A DNA stretch of 64,000 nt, taken from IMG/VR virus record IMGVR_UViG_3300020048_000052, positions 1-64,000 of that record. One strand, given 5' to 3'. Positions within the stretch are counted from its first letter, which is position 1. Every line of letters starts with the position of its first letter. The stretch comes from a virus. The notes beneath the pieces were generated by a model that made no database searches, was not told where the DNA came from, and worked only from the letters and a program-made list of their open reading frames with translations. Below are positions 56,401 to 64,000 of this stretch, piece by piece. Both the position numbers and the translations under genes were made by a program.

Positions 56401-56683
56401 AATCTTCTACACCAGAAGACGCAACATAAGCCAAAGCCTGTTGCGTCTTTAATGTAGATTTTACAAAGCCTATAGGAGCGGCAGCTGCCATTAAGCCTGC
56501 AGCGAACATATTCATTCCTTCAAATGCAGTTGCCATTGCAGTATTGAATCTAGATGAAAACCTTTGTGCGGTAGCATCTAACTGTCCTAGCGAGGCGGCT
56601 GCTCTGTTAGCAGGTACTGATGCACCGTCTCTTAAAGATAAAATTATTCCAAGACCTAATGTATTTAAACCCACTAACCTCAC
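53498..56683 (-). CDS. Tape measure protein
   Basis: GSEAGTKLRA motif, long amphipathic W/G-periodic helices, GHATGG; follows the tail chaperone. Confidence 0.92.
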   Translation of the reverse strand: MRLVGLNTLGLGIILSLRDGASVPANRAAASLGQLDATAQRFSSRFNTAMATAFEGMNMFAAGLMAAAAPIGFVKSTLKTQQALAYVASSGVEDLGRLKAAAEDFTNTWAGSTQESFLNTAYEIKSGLYELSDAMVTKMTTTTGVLAKATKSTMDEIQSLVPIMWGILKPSRGGITDEAFMNELAGALAQSVKIYRATGKNMGDAFSQATAIATQQGISMEEQFAVLGRLQQTMTGSEAGTKLRALAVNAPRAVELAKKHNVPIQLTDDKGMLLPIINILENARDIFSTKLGPEVAKGISASLNNMEISDDNVVSNVAQQYGKLTADSMEGLRKIFGSREATSTIINLLPYIDQLKDDTLQIKDAMSKGLPVALDMAEKAANNMGDAWEVFVQRVNNLKQSIGESLFGMFGPGLKALGLMVVALQKFVKANPWLIRIASAIAMVAGSALMLTGILFILSAAFQIVNASVALMKSRMVLLRAEFLKFLITLWPLLLLAGTLYFAFKTNFMGISDAFMNSIKKIKEFFNMVKLVFQGLGELIHTFSNDKGTISADLHDKLVDAGLWDLVKTLFMVYTRLRYLWEGIKAGFKDTWTFILNQVLKPIGAGIRDYVLKPLGALLAKFGIVFPALQKLINPTQENANAWKEVGYWIGVALAILATVGTIWKIIAPIIKVAKFIGTIVTKLGWLWKAIAWIGKLIFGLGKWLWTAFMWIAGIVAGILGIPVWVAALIVAAVIAIIVLIVIFRKQVWAFLQTIFWGIVGVFATIGIVLFQAIMAVVLIIIAAVGIIIGIIWGIVNVVISIVAAIVGVFLTCWTIIAGIWMMIFEVIKGIVLTIVAVVKAIFTGDFTTLGETLKGIWGGVWQNIQDICAGVVQKIIGIWDGIKGVLAGVWGSLKDTASGFFNWIGEKFAWVGSLVDKIKGVWSSMGGKISEAWNAITVKGHATGGLFNGPSIIGIGEQPNVKEAAIPLSGRHMLPFANAIASAMPEPVLDGPKNGYRSTPVNNVINNNYTTNNNNQNQSGASGQNGSNLPPVQITVPVKIDGREVARATADYVDLQNRRK

Positions 56684-56687
56684 CCCT

Positions 56688-56876
56688 TTAAGCTTTTGAT
56701 TTGTTTATTTCTTTCTGTTCTCTATCCTTTTCTTCTATTAACCTTTCAAGATACCATGTTCGCTCTTCTTCACTCCACTCCATGACATCTTTATAAGTTA
56801 TTGTAACCAACCCTCCATAAGCAAGAGTGAAGATTTCCTCTCTTAGCGCTTCTTTGCTTTTTTGGGTAAGAAAAAA
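56688..56876 (-). CDS. -1 frameshift extension of the tail assembly chaperone (gpGT-like)
   Basis: Slippery T TTT TTC at 56870-56876 opens the -1 frame ...KEALREEIFTLAYGG...ERTWYLERLIEEK...KSKA*. Confidence 0.75.
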   Translation of the reverse strand, partial: FFLTQKSKEALREEIFTLAYGGLVTITYKDVMEWSEEERTWYLERLIEEKDREQKEINKSKA

Positions 56877-57604
56877 TCCTTTGTAATAGGAAGTTCAGTT
56901 TCGAATACTTCCTTTTCAACCGGACATTTAAGTTCAAGCGTAGTTTCAACTCCGCAATTATGTTCATCCAAATCTTCCTGAAATGCCAATATATCTGCAG
57001 CATCAAGATTTTTGAAAAAGTCGATACTCTTAAATGGCATACCTTCAACCCAGTCTGTATTAATCATAACAGAAAGAGTGATAATGTTTTCTGGATATTG
57101 CTTTCTTGCTTTCATGATTTCAGCTTCATCTGTGCCGGTAGGAAGGTGATACTTAATCTTAGTGCCACAGACAGGGAATGTAAATTCAATATCTTTTGTA
57201 GGTCTGCCATCCAATAAAGTGATTGGCAGTTCGTTAAGTTTTACATTGAACTCATGTTTATCACCACATTCGGGGCATTCTACTTCAAAGGAATACGGCC
57301 CTGGATATGTGATTTTTCTGATGCTGATTATAATAAGATATCTATCTCCCTGCAAAGCAGTATCATAATCGAAGCCTTCAGATTTATCAACAATACAGTT
57401 TTTGGCAATATCATTGATGCCATCTCCGTCGCGCATAGCCTTTCTATTTGCAAGGATATCCATTTCCTGGGTTTTCATACCTCTCAGTTCAACCCAGTGT
57501 CCAGAAGGCAACGGAACAGTTTCGGTCCTGATTTTCTTTTCTTCAGGTTTCTGCTGAATAACTGTTTCTTCACCTTTCTTTTCTAAATTCTTGTCATCTT
57601 TCAT
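56843..57604 (-). CDS. Tail assembly chaperone (T4 gp26-like, Zn ribbon)
   Basis: VPLPSG, GDRY...IRKITY, CPECG, ends DFFLP; lies between tube and tape measure. Confidence 0.8.
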   Translation of the reverse strand: MKDDKNLEKKGEETVIQQKPEEKKIRTETVPLPSGHWVELRGMKTQEMDILANRKAMRDGDGINDIAKNCIVDKSEGFDYDTALQGDRYLIIISIRKITYPGPYSFEVECPECGDKHEFNVKLNELPITLLDGRPTKDIEFTFPVCGTKIKYHLPTGTDEAEIMKARKQYPENIITLSVMINTDWVEGMPFKSIDFFKNLDAADILAFQEDLDEHNCGVETTLELKCPVEKEVFETELPITKDFFLPKKAKKR

Positions 57605-57635
57605 ATTTATTCCTCCATTCTTTTTTTAGACAATG

Positions 57636-57667
57636 AAAATGCCTTCATAATAAAATATGAAGGCATT
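57636..57667 (-). terminator. Hairpin / terminator after the tail tube gene
   Basis: AATGCCTTCATA/TATGAAGGCATT. Confidence 0.7.
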
Positions 57668-57716
57668 GAACATTAAAATTTGAAATTTTATTCTTTTGTT
57701 TTAGTTTATTCGATTT

Positions 57717-58196
57717 TTACGACTTTGCAGTCACAGATACACAATCGATTCCGTCGTTAACAAGAACGAGTTTTTCAACATGCTTCTCTGAAGAGCCGCC
57801 GTCCCAGTCATCTACACCGAATGTACTTGGCCAAGAACCATATACGTTCCATGTTTTTCTGATTGTTCCAGCCCTGTCAATTTGATGGATTTGGATATCC
57901 TTCTTATATTCAGAGTCTGCAACTCCACCAGAGTTATTTGCACGGTCAGCAATCTTCTTCCACCAAGTAAACATATCTACAGAATCAGTTTCGCCACGCT
58001 CTAGAGATAGGTCTTTCGACTTAATCTTACCGGGACTTTTATGAGGTCTTAGTTGCCCACCTTCGTTATATTCAATAACTTCAGCGCTTTCTTCAAGACC
58101 ATCAGCTTTTGAGAAACCGGCTCTTACAAACCCACCGATTGAAACAAGAAAAGCATACTTGTCATAATAATTTGTTTTATAAGCCTCAGCTGCCAT
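57717..58196 (-). CDS. Tail tube protein (T4 gp19-like)
   Basis: GFSKADGL, IEYNEGG, KSPGK, LERG, WNVYGSWP. Confidence 0.92.
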   Translation of the reverse strand: MAAEAYKTNYYDKYAFLVSIGGFVRAGFSKADGLEESAEVIEYNEGGQLRPHKSPGKIKSKDLSLERGETDSVDMFTWWKKIADRANNSGGVADSEYKKDIQIHQIDRAGTIRKTWNVYGSWPSTFGVDDWDGGSSEKHVEKLVLVNDGIDCVSVTAKS

Positions 58197-58220
58197 TTTG
58201 GTTTACCTCCTTCTTTAAAA

Positions 58221-59750
58221 TTAAGACTCTGTTACAGATGAGCCGCCATCCCACTGGTTGATACCGATTTCAACGAACTCACCAGGTTTAGATTCAGCTA
58301 CACCAACATCTAAATGTACTTCTCCGGAATCGATAGTAGCCAAAGTGTTGTTTGTAGTATCGCAGACAACATAATAAGCTAATTCCGATTTGCCGGTTCC
58401 ACCATCATTGAAAGCGCCCTTCTTATACTCTTTGTTTAAGAAAGAGTCAGCTAGCAACTTCAACTTACCCCACAGAATATTATCGTTCGGTTCAAATACT
58501 GACCATTTAGTTCCCTTTTTCAAGGAAGAACCAATGAAGTTGAAATGCAACCGATTGTTAATATATCTCCATAGAGCATCGGAAGACGTTGTTCTTGCGC
58601 CCCATGCAACGATACCTTCAGTGAACGATCTGATAACGTTGATACCATTAGGGTTAAGCTCTGATTGCTGAGTATCATTGATGATTCTTTCAACACCGAT
58701 TGCTGTTTTAAGTTTACCATCTTCAATACCAGCTGGAGCTTTGTGAACGCCTCTAGTACCTGCAACTCTGGCATAAACGCCAGCCATAGCCGCTGAAGGA
58801 GGCATCAATTTCTTTGCTGCAGTAACTGGGTCTTTAATGTAATACCAAGGGTAATACAAAGCGCTGAATGCGTTGTCAATTGCAGCTTCACCAGCATAAT
58901 CACCAGTTGCCAATTTGAATTCTTTTGCTTCAAGATAGTCAAGACCTGCAGGAACATCTCCGATATGGAATGACTTCCTTGCCTGTGCATATGCTGCTAC
59001 AGCGTTTAGAACTGCTCTAGAAGTAACACCAGGGATTGCAATGTTGAGATTTTCATCAACATAATCAAGTGCATATAGACCGGTATAGCTTACAGGGCTG
59101 CCAATATAATCATTGTCTGAAATATTAGCTAAACCATCAGAACCACCAGTCAATGCTGCTTTTACTACAGTAGCCGGAACTCCAGCAGCAAGTTTAACAA
59201 ATGTTACTGCATTCGGTGCAGTTCCGATCGTAATACCATCCAAAGTATCTACAGTTTGCTCGTCAAGAGATGCAATTGCATTAGCACCACTTCCTTTGTA
59301 AAGTTCAACTTTGAATTTAGAAGCGTTTGCAGAAGTAGCTGCAGCAATTGTGATTTTCAAATCACTCTCACCTTCTACTACTCCATCTACCTGTAATACA
59401 TCTACAGGATTTTCAGCTGCTCCATCGTTTAGTTTGACGCTTGCTACTTTGTTTGTCGCAGTATCTGCGTCGGCTACATCTGTGAAATGAACAGTTCTTA
59501 CAGCATAGCATTTAGCACCAGCGCCAGCTTCAATGAAAAATGTTTCTACTGCGTTTGCCAGCCAACCATTGCTGATATAGCTACCGAACTTTTCAGTATA
59601 CTCGGTGAAGTTTGAAACAAGAATTGCTTCACCAACAGGGCCTTTTTCTGCGCAGCCAACAAAAGCTGCAATTCCAACTGAAGCGCCATCGATAGGTTTA
59701 GCGCCTGCAGAACCTTCGTTGATATAAACGTTTGGCGTTTTATGTGACAT
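58221..59750 (-). CDS. Contractile tail sheath protein
   Basis: TPNVYINE, AFVGCAEKGP, LYYPW, PPS...AGVYAR, GVHKAPA, LNPNGINVIR, WGART, VFEPND. Confidence 0.95.
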   Translation of the reverse strand: MSHKTPNVYINEGSAGAKPIDGASVGIAAFVGCAEKGPVGEAILVSNFTEYTEKFGSYISNGWLANAVETFFIEAGAGAKCYAVRTVHFTDVADADTATNKVASVKLNDGAAENPVDVLQVDGVVEGESDLKITIAAATSANASKFKVELYKGSGANAIASLDEQTVDTLDGITIGTAPNAVTFVKLAAGVPATVVKAALTGGSDGLANISDNDYIGSPVSYTGLYALDYVDENLNIAIPGVTSRAVLNAVAAYAQARKSFHIGDVPAGLDYLEAKEFKLATGDYAGEAAIDNAFSALYYPWYYIKDPVTAAKKLMPPSAAMAGVYARVAGTRGVHKAPAGIEDGKLKTAIGVERIINDTQQSELNPNGINVIRSFTEGIVAWGARTTSSDALWRYINNRLHFNFIGSSLKKGTKWSVFEPNDNILWGKLKLLADSFLNKEYKKGAFNDGGTGKSELAYYVVCDTTNNTLATIDSGEVHLDVGVAESKPGEFVEIGINQWDGGSSVTES

Positions 59751-59991
59751 TAGCCGTTACCTCCTCTTTCTTAATTTTTGGTTTTGACGAAGTTGCTGGC
59801 GCAACTTTCACTACTGGTTTGGAAGTTACCATAATCATCTTCCTCTTGATTTTTGACTGAAGGTCTGGAGAGTCGAAGTCTTTGTCTTCTACCAAATCCT
59901 CTGCCAGCGGTGCAAGATGAATTGACCTGTCTTTAGTCAAATTAACGACTAAAGGAAAATTATTCTGATTTTTAATTGTATACATGCTCAT
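59740..59991 (-). CDS. Hypothetical protein preceding the sheath gene
   Basis: ORF with GGAGG RBS. Confidence 0.65.
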   Translation of the reverse strand: MSMYTIKNQNNFPLVVNLTKDRSIHLAPLAEDLVEDKDFDSPDLQSKIKRKMIMVTSKPVVKVAPATSSKPKIKKEEVTANVT

Positions 59992-60008
59992 AACCTCCCA
60001 TCTATATT

Positions 60009-60575
60009 TTATTTTTGGTTAACGTTAAGATTAACTCCTGCAGCAATTTTACCTATAGTTTCTTCACTAGAAGAAAATTCTATTCCCTCAATAACAAAAC
60101 GACCTTCATATTTTGTCAGGTTCGAAACATTAGGTCCTCCAGTCTCCTCCACCGGATTGATAAGTGTCATGTTAAATATCTTACTCTTTTCAGGTTCTTC
60201 ATCAGGCTCTGATACTTTAATCGTTAATTGCTTATTTGTAGAAAAGAATGAAATAATTTTAGAAATAGTCCTAAGGCCTTCAATATCTCCTTCTGAATAA
60301 ACAATCAACTTAAAATAGACATCGCATATCTTTGGCATTGCCCTTTTTATAAAAGTCCCAGCCTCTTTGTCTACAATAATATCTGGGACTTCTGACCTGT
60401 ATATCAAATCTTCACTAATTTCGGGACCTCTTAAGAAAAGAGCAGGATATTTTTGGTCCCTACCTGATGCTAATTCAATGAATTCAGAACTAGCATGAAA
60501 TGAAACGTTATTACAAATGCTCTGTTTCATTTTGTTTGCAATAGTAACAACTGCATTAACTAAAATTTCACTCAT
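60009..60575 (-). CDS. Probable tail terminator/completion protein
   Basis: Position before sheath; YPALFL motif. Confidence 0.55.
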   Translation of the reverse strand: MSEILVNAVVTIANKMKQSICNNVSFHASSEFIELASGRDQKYPALFLRGPEISEDLIYRSEVPDIIVDKEAGTFIKRAMPKICDVYFKLIVYSEGDIEGLRTISKIISFFSTNKQLTIKVSEPDEEPEKSKIFNMTLINPVEETGGPNVSNLTKYEGRFVIEGIEFSSSEETIGKIAAGVNLNVNQK

Positions 60576-61201
60576 TGTTTAGCTCCTCCTTCCTCTGAAG
60601 AAGATGCCTTCTTAACCGGTCTTGTAAGTAGCCAATTATTGATTGCATCTGCATATATTTTTACAATTTGGTCTTCGCATTGCTTAAGAACTGGTTCAAG
60701 AAATGGTCTTGCCGGTACATCCAAATGTGTTGTACTCTTTTTAAGAGGCCTGCCTTGAGCTGCAAAGTAATTTCTTAACCTATCTGTAACATTAATTGTA
60801 TAACCTTTTTCCATACCTGCAGCAATTAGATTTATGTCAATTCCATATCTATTCCTTGCCCCTACAGGTATTCCAACTCCAAAAGATGCATCTTCGCTAA
60901 CCTCTATAGTAAGCGAATTAATCAAATCTCCATGCCTAATTAGAGCTTGGTTTGATTTTACAGAACCAATGCCTTTCAGCTGTGATTTTTCTATAATTGT
61001 AAGCTCGTGAAGTGCAGGGAATGCCTGCCCACCGGGAGCCTGATTTCTTATGCCTTTTTTTATTTCTCTCAATACCAATAAAGCTGCTTTTCTTGCAGCT
61101 GCTTTCAAATGAATCCTTAAGCGTGGGGAGGCATCTTTAACAAACGCCCTTAACATTGGCCAATCGCCTTCTAAAATACAATGCCCAAATTTAGATGCCA
61201 T
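60572..61201 (-). CDS. Neck / tail-completion (virion morphogenesis) protein
   Basis: ALIRHGDLINS, EKG, VPARPFLEP. Confidence 0.75.
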   Translation of the reverse strand: MASKFGHCILEGDWPMLRAFVKDASPRLRIHLKAAARKAALLVLREIKKGIRNQAPGGQAFPALHELTIIEKSQLKGIGSVKSNQALIRHGDLINSLTIEVSEDASFGVGIPVGARNRYGIDINLIAAGMEKGYTINVTDRLRNYFAAQGRPLKKSTTHLDVPARPFLEPVLKQCEDQIVKIYADAINNWLLTRPVKKASSSEEGGAKQ

Positions 61202-61650
61202 TATATGATACCCCCTAAAGGAACTGCATTATCTTTAAGATTTAGAATGAAAAGCGTGTTTTGACCATTCAGAAAGCCGCTTGGCCTAACTTCATCTATA
61301 ATTAGGTTTGTTGTGTTTCCTGCAATAGATAAAACTATATCACCCTTCTTAAGATAACAACCAACTGTGGATTTTATTTCCTCCCAATCTTCTATAGAAA
61401 TAACGATTCTAGCATCAGTCTCCAAGCTGTTGTTGTCATCATTAAATACCCATTTATGAAATTTTTTATTTCTATATTGAGCAATTTCTTCTAATAGAAT
61501 ATTGTCACTGTACTTATTCCCTCCGGGCTCTTTTGGTTGTCTAAATATTTCATCATATTCAGTAGACTCTTTGTCAGGAAATGAAGCAGCATTATCTTCA
61601 GTTATTAAAACCTTGACTTCGATATCCATTTTATTCATTCTTAATGGCAT
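61201..61650 (-). CDS. Probable head-closure protein
   Basis: Synteny; LKKGD...IIDEVRP. Confidence 0.55.
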   Translation of the reverse strand: MPLRMNKMDIEVKVLITEDNAASFPDKESTEYDEIFRQPKEPGGNKYSDNILLEEIAQYRNKKFHKWVFNDDNNSLETDARIVISIEDWEEIKSTVGCYLKKGDIVLSIAGNTTNLIIDEVRPSGFLNGQNTLFILNLKDNAVPLGGII

Positions 61651-61664
61651 GTTGCTTCACCTCC

Positions 61665-62474
61665 TTATAAAAAGTCTATTGTTAATTCACCTTCAAGATA
61701 GTTTTGAAGTATCTTATCTACTTCAGGAACTCCAGTACTTAATTCTCCGCTTTGGAAGAGTTCGTACTCATAGTCGTCAGTCTTCTCAGACTTAATCTTG
61801 CCGCCGATTTGTTTTGAAAGCACTCTATGGTGCTTTATAAGTGAATTTACTGCTTGTTCTATATCGATAGGGACTTGACCAAAACATACAGTTTCTGTTC
61901 CGGATATGATAGGTTTCATGTTGAGTTGCTTATCTATTAGGACTTTGTTGTTTTCGTAATCAATTGAATTTGCAATTAGAATCTTATTGTCAAATATGAA
62001 TATATCACGAATCTCTAATTCAGAAGCATCTTCTACATAGAAAAATTCAGAATTTTCTTCAATGTCTGACGTAATCTTAACTGCAACCTCTTTTTGATTT
62101 TCGATTTCTCCAAAAATAGCATCAACCTCAACATTCCTGACCCCGTCTAGCAATCGTTTTTCGAACCTTATTATTTTACCTATGGCCTCGTACGAAAGCT
62201 TATCTAGAGCAGTTCTAGATTGGTCTGAGTTTACAATATTCACACCAATTAGTTTAACAATAGGAGGCAAGTTAGTTTTTATGAGCTTACCTCCTCCGTT
62301 AAACCTCGGCTTTTGGCTTACAGGAACAAACCAGATATTGAGAAGTTTGGTTATCATCCTTGAATATTGTTGTATCAGTCTAGAAACCTCGCCATCAGAC
62401 ATTTTGGCCTGAGTTATTCCACTATCTCTTACTGATTTAATTGTAGAATAGGCGAGTGTTATCATAGTCATCAA
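61665..62474 (-). CDS. Probable head-tail adaptor
   Basis: AYSTI, VPIDIEQA, IKSEKTDDYEY, TGVPEVDKILQNY. Confidence 0.7.
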   Translation of the reverse strand: MMTMITLAYSTIKSVRDSGITQAKMSDGEVSRLIQQYSRMITKLLNIWFVPVSQKPRFNGGGKLIKTNLPPIVKLIGVNIVNSDQSRTALDKLSYEAIGKIIRFEKRLLDGVRNVEVDAIFGEIENQKEVAVKITSDIEENSEFFYVEDASELEIRDIFIFDNKILIANSIDYENNKVLIDKQLNMKPIISGTETVCFGQVPIDIEQAVNSLIKHHRVLSKQIGGKIKSEKTDDYEYELFQSGELSTGVPEVDKILQNYLEGELTIDFL

Positions 62475-63052
62475 TCCTCTTCATCATGTTGGTCGATATG
62501 AGCCTTTAAGTCTTCCAAGTCTTTGGCTTTATAGCCGCAGAGTTCGCAAACCAAAGGGTCCTTTTCGACTTTTGCTTTTTTCTGTTTCTTTACTCCAGAG
62601 CCACCAACGATTTCTGTTTTATCGGCATCTGTATTTGCAGTTACCGGTACAGAAGGGGCTCCATCTGTGTTGTCCTTTTTATCTTCATCAGACGGGTTTT
62701 TATCTGTGATGTCTTTTTGAACTTCTTCAAGAAGAGCACCTACATTAACGCCCGCTTTCCTTTTTGCTTCTGCTTCGATCGCACTCTTTTCGATAACCTC
62801 ATCGCGGTTCGCAATGTGGGGTCGAAAAGTCACAATAGTTCTTGCAGCTTTCTTATCCGAATCGTTTATGACCGCATTTCCTTCTTCATCGCATTCATAA
62901 AAAAGTTCAGGATAAGCTCTAAACTTACTTGCATCCTGTTCATCAGTTACATAAACAGGTTTGCCTTTATAAAACGCATATCTTCTACTTGAAAGGCCCG
63001 TAATCTTATAACTATGAGCCGTTAAAAGGTCAAAATAAGTTGCCATTTTCAC
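62471..63052 (-). CDS. Hypothetical protein with C-terminal C2H2 zinc finger
   Basis: CELCGYKAKDLEDLKAHIDQH. Confidence 0.7.
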   Translation of the reverse strand: MKMATYFDLLTAHSYKITGLSSRRYAFYKGKPVYVTDEQDASKFRAYPELFYECDEEGNAVINDSDKKAARTIVTFRPHIANRDEVIEKSAIEAEAKRKAGVNVGALLEEVQKDITDKNPSDEDKKDNTDGAPSVPVTANTDADKTEIVGGSGVKKQKKAKVEKDPLVCELCGYKAKDLEDLKAHIDQHDEED

Positions 63053-63061
63053 GCCTCCTCG

Positions 63062-63622
63062 TTAATTGTCTTCTACAGTAAGAACTTCGAATTTTTCTTC
63101 GGCAGTTACTTCTTCTGTAGTTATTGCATAAGCTCCACCTGTAAGAGTGTTGCCTGATTTTGTGATTCTTGCACCGCCATTTACTGCAATTGTTAAAGCA
63201 TTACCAGCCTCTCCAGCTGTTTTGCAAGTAAGAGTGATAACGCCGGCCTCAACAGATGCGTCTAATGCTACATTAGCAATAGTTCCATCGCCATACTCAT
63301 CTGTCTTTTCCTCACCGTTGATTGCTTTTTTAAGATTCAATGCACAGGCTGTAACATCTGCGCCGATTTTTATATCATTTGCAGCCGCAGGTAAATCTAC
63401 GAATTTGTATGTCTGACCGCCAACTGTTACTGTGTCATTTGCGCTTGGGACATCAGCTATAGTGACAGTTCCGCTTGCTTTTATAGCAGCAGTTGTTATA
63501 TGAACATGCGCATCAAACGATGCTTTGATAGACTTAAGGTCTTTAGCGATATCTGTCAAGATACCTTCGAGCTTTTCCATGTTTGACAGGCCTTTGCCTA
63601 TACCTTTTTTCACTTTTGACAT
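63062..63622 (-). CDS. Probable virion structural/decoration protein
   Basis: ASGTVTI...DTVTVGGQTYKF...AGNALT...TLTGGA; follows the capsid gene. Confidence 0.55.
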   Translation of the reverse strand: MSKVKKGIGKGLSNMEKLEGILTDIAKDLKSIKASFDAHVHITTAAIKASGTVTIADVPSANDTVTVGGQTYKFVDLPAAANDIKIGADVTACALNLKKAINGEEKTDEYGDGTIANVALDASVEAGVITLTCKTAGEAGNALTIAVNGGARITKSGNTLTGGAYAITTEEVTAEEKFEVLTVEDN

Positions 63623-63658
63623 GATATTTTTCCTCCATTCAAATTTTTCTTAATAATC

Positions 63659-63693
63659 AAAAGGGCCATTAGCCATTGACGACTAATGGCCCC
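63659..63693 (-). terminator. Terminator after the major capsid gene
   Basis: GGGCCATTAG/CTAATGGCCC stem plus T-run. Confidence 0.75.
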
Positions 63694-63714
63694 TTAAGCC
63701 GAGTCAAGCTTATC

Positions 63715-64000
63715 TTAAAATAGATCGCGTTTTCTGAGGTTAATAGCTTTTACAACCGCATCGTCATTTTCAATGCTGAAGTCTACTTCGTTATAAATAA
63801 CGGTTTCAACTCTGTCGTAATCCTTATTGAACTCAGTGTAGATTCTGGTTGTACCTCTCATTGCAGCAATGAAGTTCTTAGGATTTGCCAACCAGATGAA
63901 AGAACCGTCCTTTGTAGTTGTAAGAGAACCGCTGTTTGTACCAGCATTATCTCCTTCAGAAAGACCGATTTCATCATAAGCATCATTTGCAACTGCCTGA
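63715..64000 (-). CDS. Major capsid protein, C-terminal fragment (not in ORF track)
   Basis: Manual translation ...GSFIWLANPKNFIAAMRGTTRIYTEFNKDYDRVETVIYNEVDFSIENDDAVVKAINLRKRDLF*, an HK97-fold-like C-terminus. Confidence 0.8.
   Translation of the reverse strand, partial: QAVANDAYDEIGLSEGDNAGTNSGSLTTTKDGSFIWLANPKNFIAAMRGTTRIYTEFNKDYDRVETVIYNEVDFSIENDDAVVKAINLRKRDLF

Noticed and set aside
7614-58990. Short minus-strand ORFs nested out of frame in larger genes (7614, 8178, 9286, 9661, 16278, 16701, 22997, 34279, 54129, 56791, 58520, 58805)
   Set aside because: Alternative frames inside recognised genes, with no independent evidence
44531-59750. Tail genes as an extracellular contractile injection system (eCIS) or tailocin
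   Set aside because: Capsid, head-tail, lysis and full replication genes are contiguous, indicating a genuine phage
546-63416. All plus-strand ORFs in the track (e.g. 9357-9704, 22903-23217, 44538-44996, 49374-49832, 53658-54065)
   Set aside because: Antisense shadows of well-supported minus-strand genes, with Ser/Phe/Leu-rich composition and no RBS or motifs
1-64000. tRNA/rRNA genes, integrase, transposases, alternative genetic code
   Set aside because: None recognised; genes are full length under the standard code

Overview
A 64 kb stretch of a large, AT-rich contractile-tailed (myovirus-like) phage or prophage, most likely infecting a Firmicute (Clostridia/Bacilli-type GGAGG/GGGGTG ribosome-binding sites, sigmaA-type TATAAT boxes, PcrA- and DnaE-type enzymes). 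Essentially every real gene is on the minus strand. In transcription order (right to left): the C-terminus of the major capsid protein, head-tail/neck genes, sheath, tube, a tail chaperone with a -1 frameshift, tape measure, baseplate (gpU-like, LysM, hub, spike, PAAR-like, gp25, J, I), tail fibre genes, a 2428-aa two-glycosidase receptor-binding protein, and lysis genes (33.5-64 kb). Next come an SF2 helicase, a structured non-coding region, loader/DnaB/DnaG, UvrD, and a sigma-like factor with a C2H2 insertion. An unusual nucleotide-modification cluster (15.7-22.4 kb) abuts DnaE: flavoenzyme, NTP-PPase-HAD, second dNMP kinase, Fe-S aldo-keto reductase, radical SAM, divergent ThyX and a minimal ThyA-fold protein. 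The rest comprises canonical ThyX, putative SSB/mediator, an Acb2/Tad1-like protein, RecA, a split SbcD plus SbcC, SLOG, RuvC, a NusG paralog and Tmk. Non-coding signals read directly from the sequence: a 10-copy GTTAAT-N14-TGATATAAT promoter, a 43-bp dispersed inverted repeat, a 34-bp direct repeat around a small ORF, and near-total GATC avoidance in which every surviving site I found overlaps a CG. All functional calls come from motif recognition by eye; no database searches were run.
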